A DNA stretch of 24,320 nucleotides from Myxococcales bacterium. GTDB lineage: Bacteria; Myxococcota_A; Polyangia; Polyangiales; Polyangiaceae. Position numbers and translations under genes: made by a program. The stretch lies in contig JAYTOU010000081.1 of the NCBI GenBank assembly GCA_043747615.1, forward strand, positions 1 to 24,320. The letters are read 5' to 3'. The notes beneath the pieces are model-generated. The model made no database searches, was not told the origin of the DNA, and saw only the letters and a program-made list of their open reading frames with translations. How positions within the stretch are numbered: position 1 is the first letter of the stretch; every line of letters begins with the position of its first letter. Of the stretch, positions 24,128-24,320 are shown in pieces.

Positions 24128-24320
24128 AATCACCGAGCGTAATTGTCGACAGCGCTCAAGCGGCTCTTTTGGCTACCGGCGACGCTCCGGCAACGCGTCG
24201 CCATCGATAGCTTTCAAGGTAGCGTCGAGCGTTGGCGAGCAGGTGGTTCATGGTCTTGCCGCGATGGGTGCGGGTGACGTTGGCGTGGAAGTCCTGCCAG
24301 ACGCGCTCGATGCGGTTCGC
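24128..24320 (-). mobile_element. IS630-family insertion sequence, right end (runs off the window)
   Basis: Transposase C-terminus followed by a short end segment CTGTCGACAATTACGCTCGGTGATT that abuts the mntA remnant. The exact end is uncertain. Confidence 0.75.
24156..24320 (-). CDS. IS630-family transposase, C-terminal part; not in the ORF track
   Basis: ANRIERVWQDFHANVTRTHRGKTMNHLLANARRYLESYRWRRVAGASPVAKRAA*; the N-x-I-E-x-x-W motif carries the third DDE residue. Confidence 0.85.
   Translation of the reverse strand, partial: ANRIERVWQDFHANVTRTHRGKTMNHLLANARRYLESYRWRRVAGASPVAKRAA

Noticed and set aside
23893..24210. 105-aa plus-strand ORF and the overlapping 135-aa minus-strand ORF 23726..24133
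   Set aside because: They span the hepT, mntA and IS fragments in non-coding frames; other frames explain the region better.

Overview
High-GC bacterial DNA; the gene content (RCC1 lipoprotein, CBM9-like lipoprotein, TPR/beta-barrel protein, long sulfatase-like proteins) suggests Myxococcota, probably Polyangiales-like (inference). The centre is mostly core or semi-core chromosome: tRNA-Gly(GCC), a MEMO1/AmrB protein with a divergent YkgJ-type Cys-cluster gene, an orphan NlpC/P60-like gene, two coupled Thr-nucleophile sulfatase-like genes, mgtE, a MarR gene with a sigma54-type promoter, a hexapeptide acyltransferase, an RCC1 lipoprotein, purM-purN-mscS-FAD oxidoreductase-like-O-methyltransferase-lipoprotein-ffh, a CBM9-like lipoprotein and a TPR/outer-membrane barrel protein. 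Both ends look accessory. On the left is a possible island boundary at the tRNA 3' end. On the right is a toxin-antitoxin cluster: vapBC, higBA, and a decayed mntA-hepT pair cut by an IS630-family element that runs off the window. I found no clear-cut complete novel system. The best candidates are the CTAG-bounded sigma54/MarR cassette, the tandem Thr-type sulfatase-like pair, the RRE-like-fused MEMO1 with YkgJ, and the orphan NlpC/P60-like protein. All family assignments come from motif recognition by eye; no searches were run.
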